Source of the DNA: Podarcis filfolensis
Taxonomy: Eukaryota
Reading direction: 5' to 3' (one strand)
Length of the DNA: 64,000 bases
NCBI GenBank assembly: GCA_964270895.1
Contig: OZ185438.1
Shown: one piece after another, positions 63,422-64,000 of the stretch
How the letters are laid out: each line of letters opens with the position of its first letter
Numbering within the stretch: position 1 is the stretch's first letter
Translations under genes and position numbers: made by a program
Notes under the pieces: model-generated
What the model was told of the DNA's origin: nothing
The model's database searches: none
The model's input: the letters and a program-made list of their open reading frames with translations, nothing else

Positions 63422-64000
63422 GGTAAGATGGAATGTGGATTACTGGGGGTGCAGATCCTTGCTGAGGCACACTGGTATTGATGCAACATGCGAGCAACAT
63501 TTCTGAAGGTGTCTTCAGTGTCTTGACCACTGGCATTGCCCCTGAGAGCAGGGCCAAGTTGTGCTTCCCATTCAGTCATTGAAAGTTCAGTTTATGTGCT
63601 GTGTTAATGTTATTCGGTAGGAAGGCTACACTACAATTTTGTTAGTTGCCTTGTTTGTTTGTTTGTTGGAGGGAAAGAGGTGTAATCATAATGGAACATC
63701 TGTTGAGCAGTTAGGGACCATAGTGAAAGTGATATGCATATTGCTCCATGGACCATGATGCTATTTAAATGGTAATACAGAGTCCACAATCACTAGGCAG
63801 AATTACAGAAACCAAGCCATCTATCTCCTGATCAGTTCTTAAAAATTAATGGACCATGAAAGCTTGGAACACTTGCTGATTAAAGGAAATTGATCAAGAA
63901 ATTCCCTCCCTTTTGTTAAATGACCACTGTGCTCTGTATATAATTACCCTTTGGTCCCTTCCTTTACCGCTTGAACAACTGATAGTTTTTTTAAAAAAAT

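Noticed and set aside
1-64000. CRISPR arrays, prokaryotic operons, rRNA, NUMT or endogenous viral ORFs
   Set aside because: None seen. The recurring ~140-240-bp repeats are dispersed MITEs with TIRs and TSDs, not repeat-spacer arrays.

Overview
Vertebrate genomic DNA from a squamate reptile (Sauria SINEs; repeat content suggests a lacertid lizard, which is inference). The only protein-coding gene I can support is PRKX (cAMP-dependent protein kinase X) on the minus strand. Coding exon 1 is at 32571-32757 inside a CpG island (~32380-33680), exon 2 is at 30-198, and a ~32.4 kb intron 1 separates them. The ORF track misses exon 2. The rest (intron 1 plus ~30 kb upstream) is AT-rich and dense with transposable elements: pogo/Tigger-like MITEs, hAT MITEs with 8-bp TSDs, Sauria and other tRNA-derived SINEs, fragments of CR1, L2, L1 and RTE LINEs, solo LTRs and microsatellites. 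There is one 133-N assembly gap. I found no new protein-coding system. The most interesting observations are a nested hAT>LTR>L1 block, a candidate PRKX uORF, a Buster-type target-site signature, a tRNA-Lys/CR1-tail SINE, LTR-borne promoter motifs and candidate CTCF sites. All analysis was by eye, and repeat boundaries are approximate unless a TSD is quoted.
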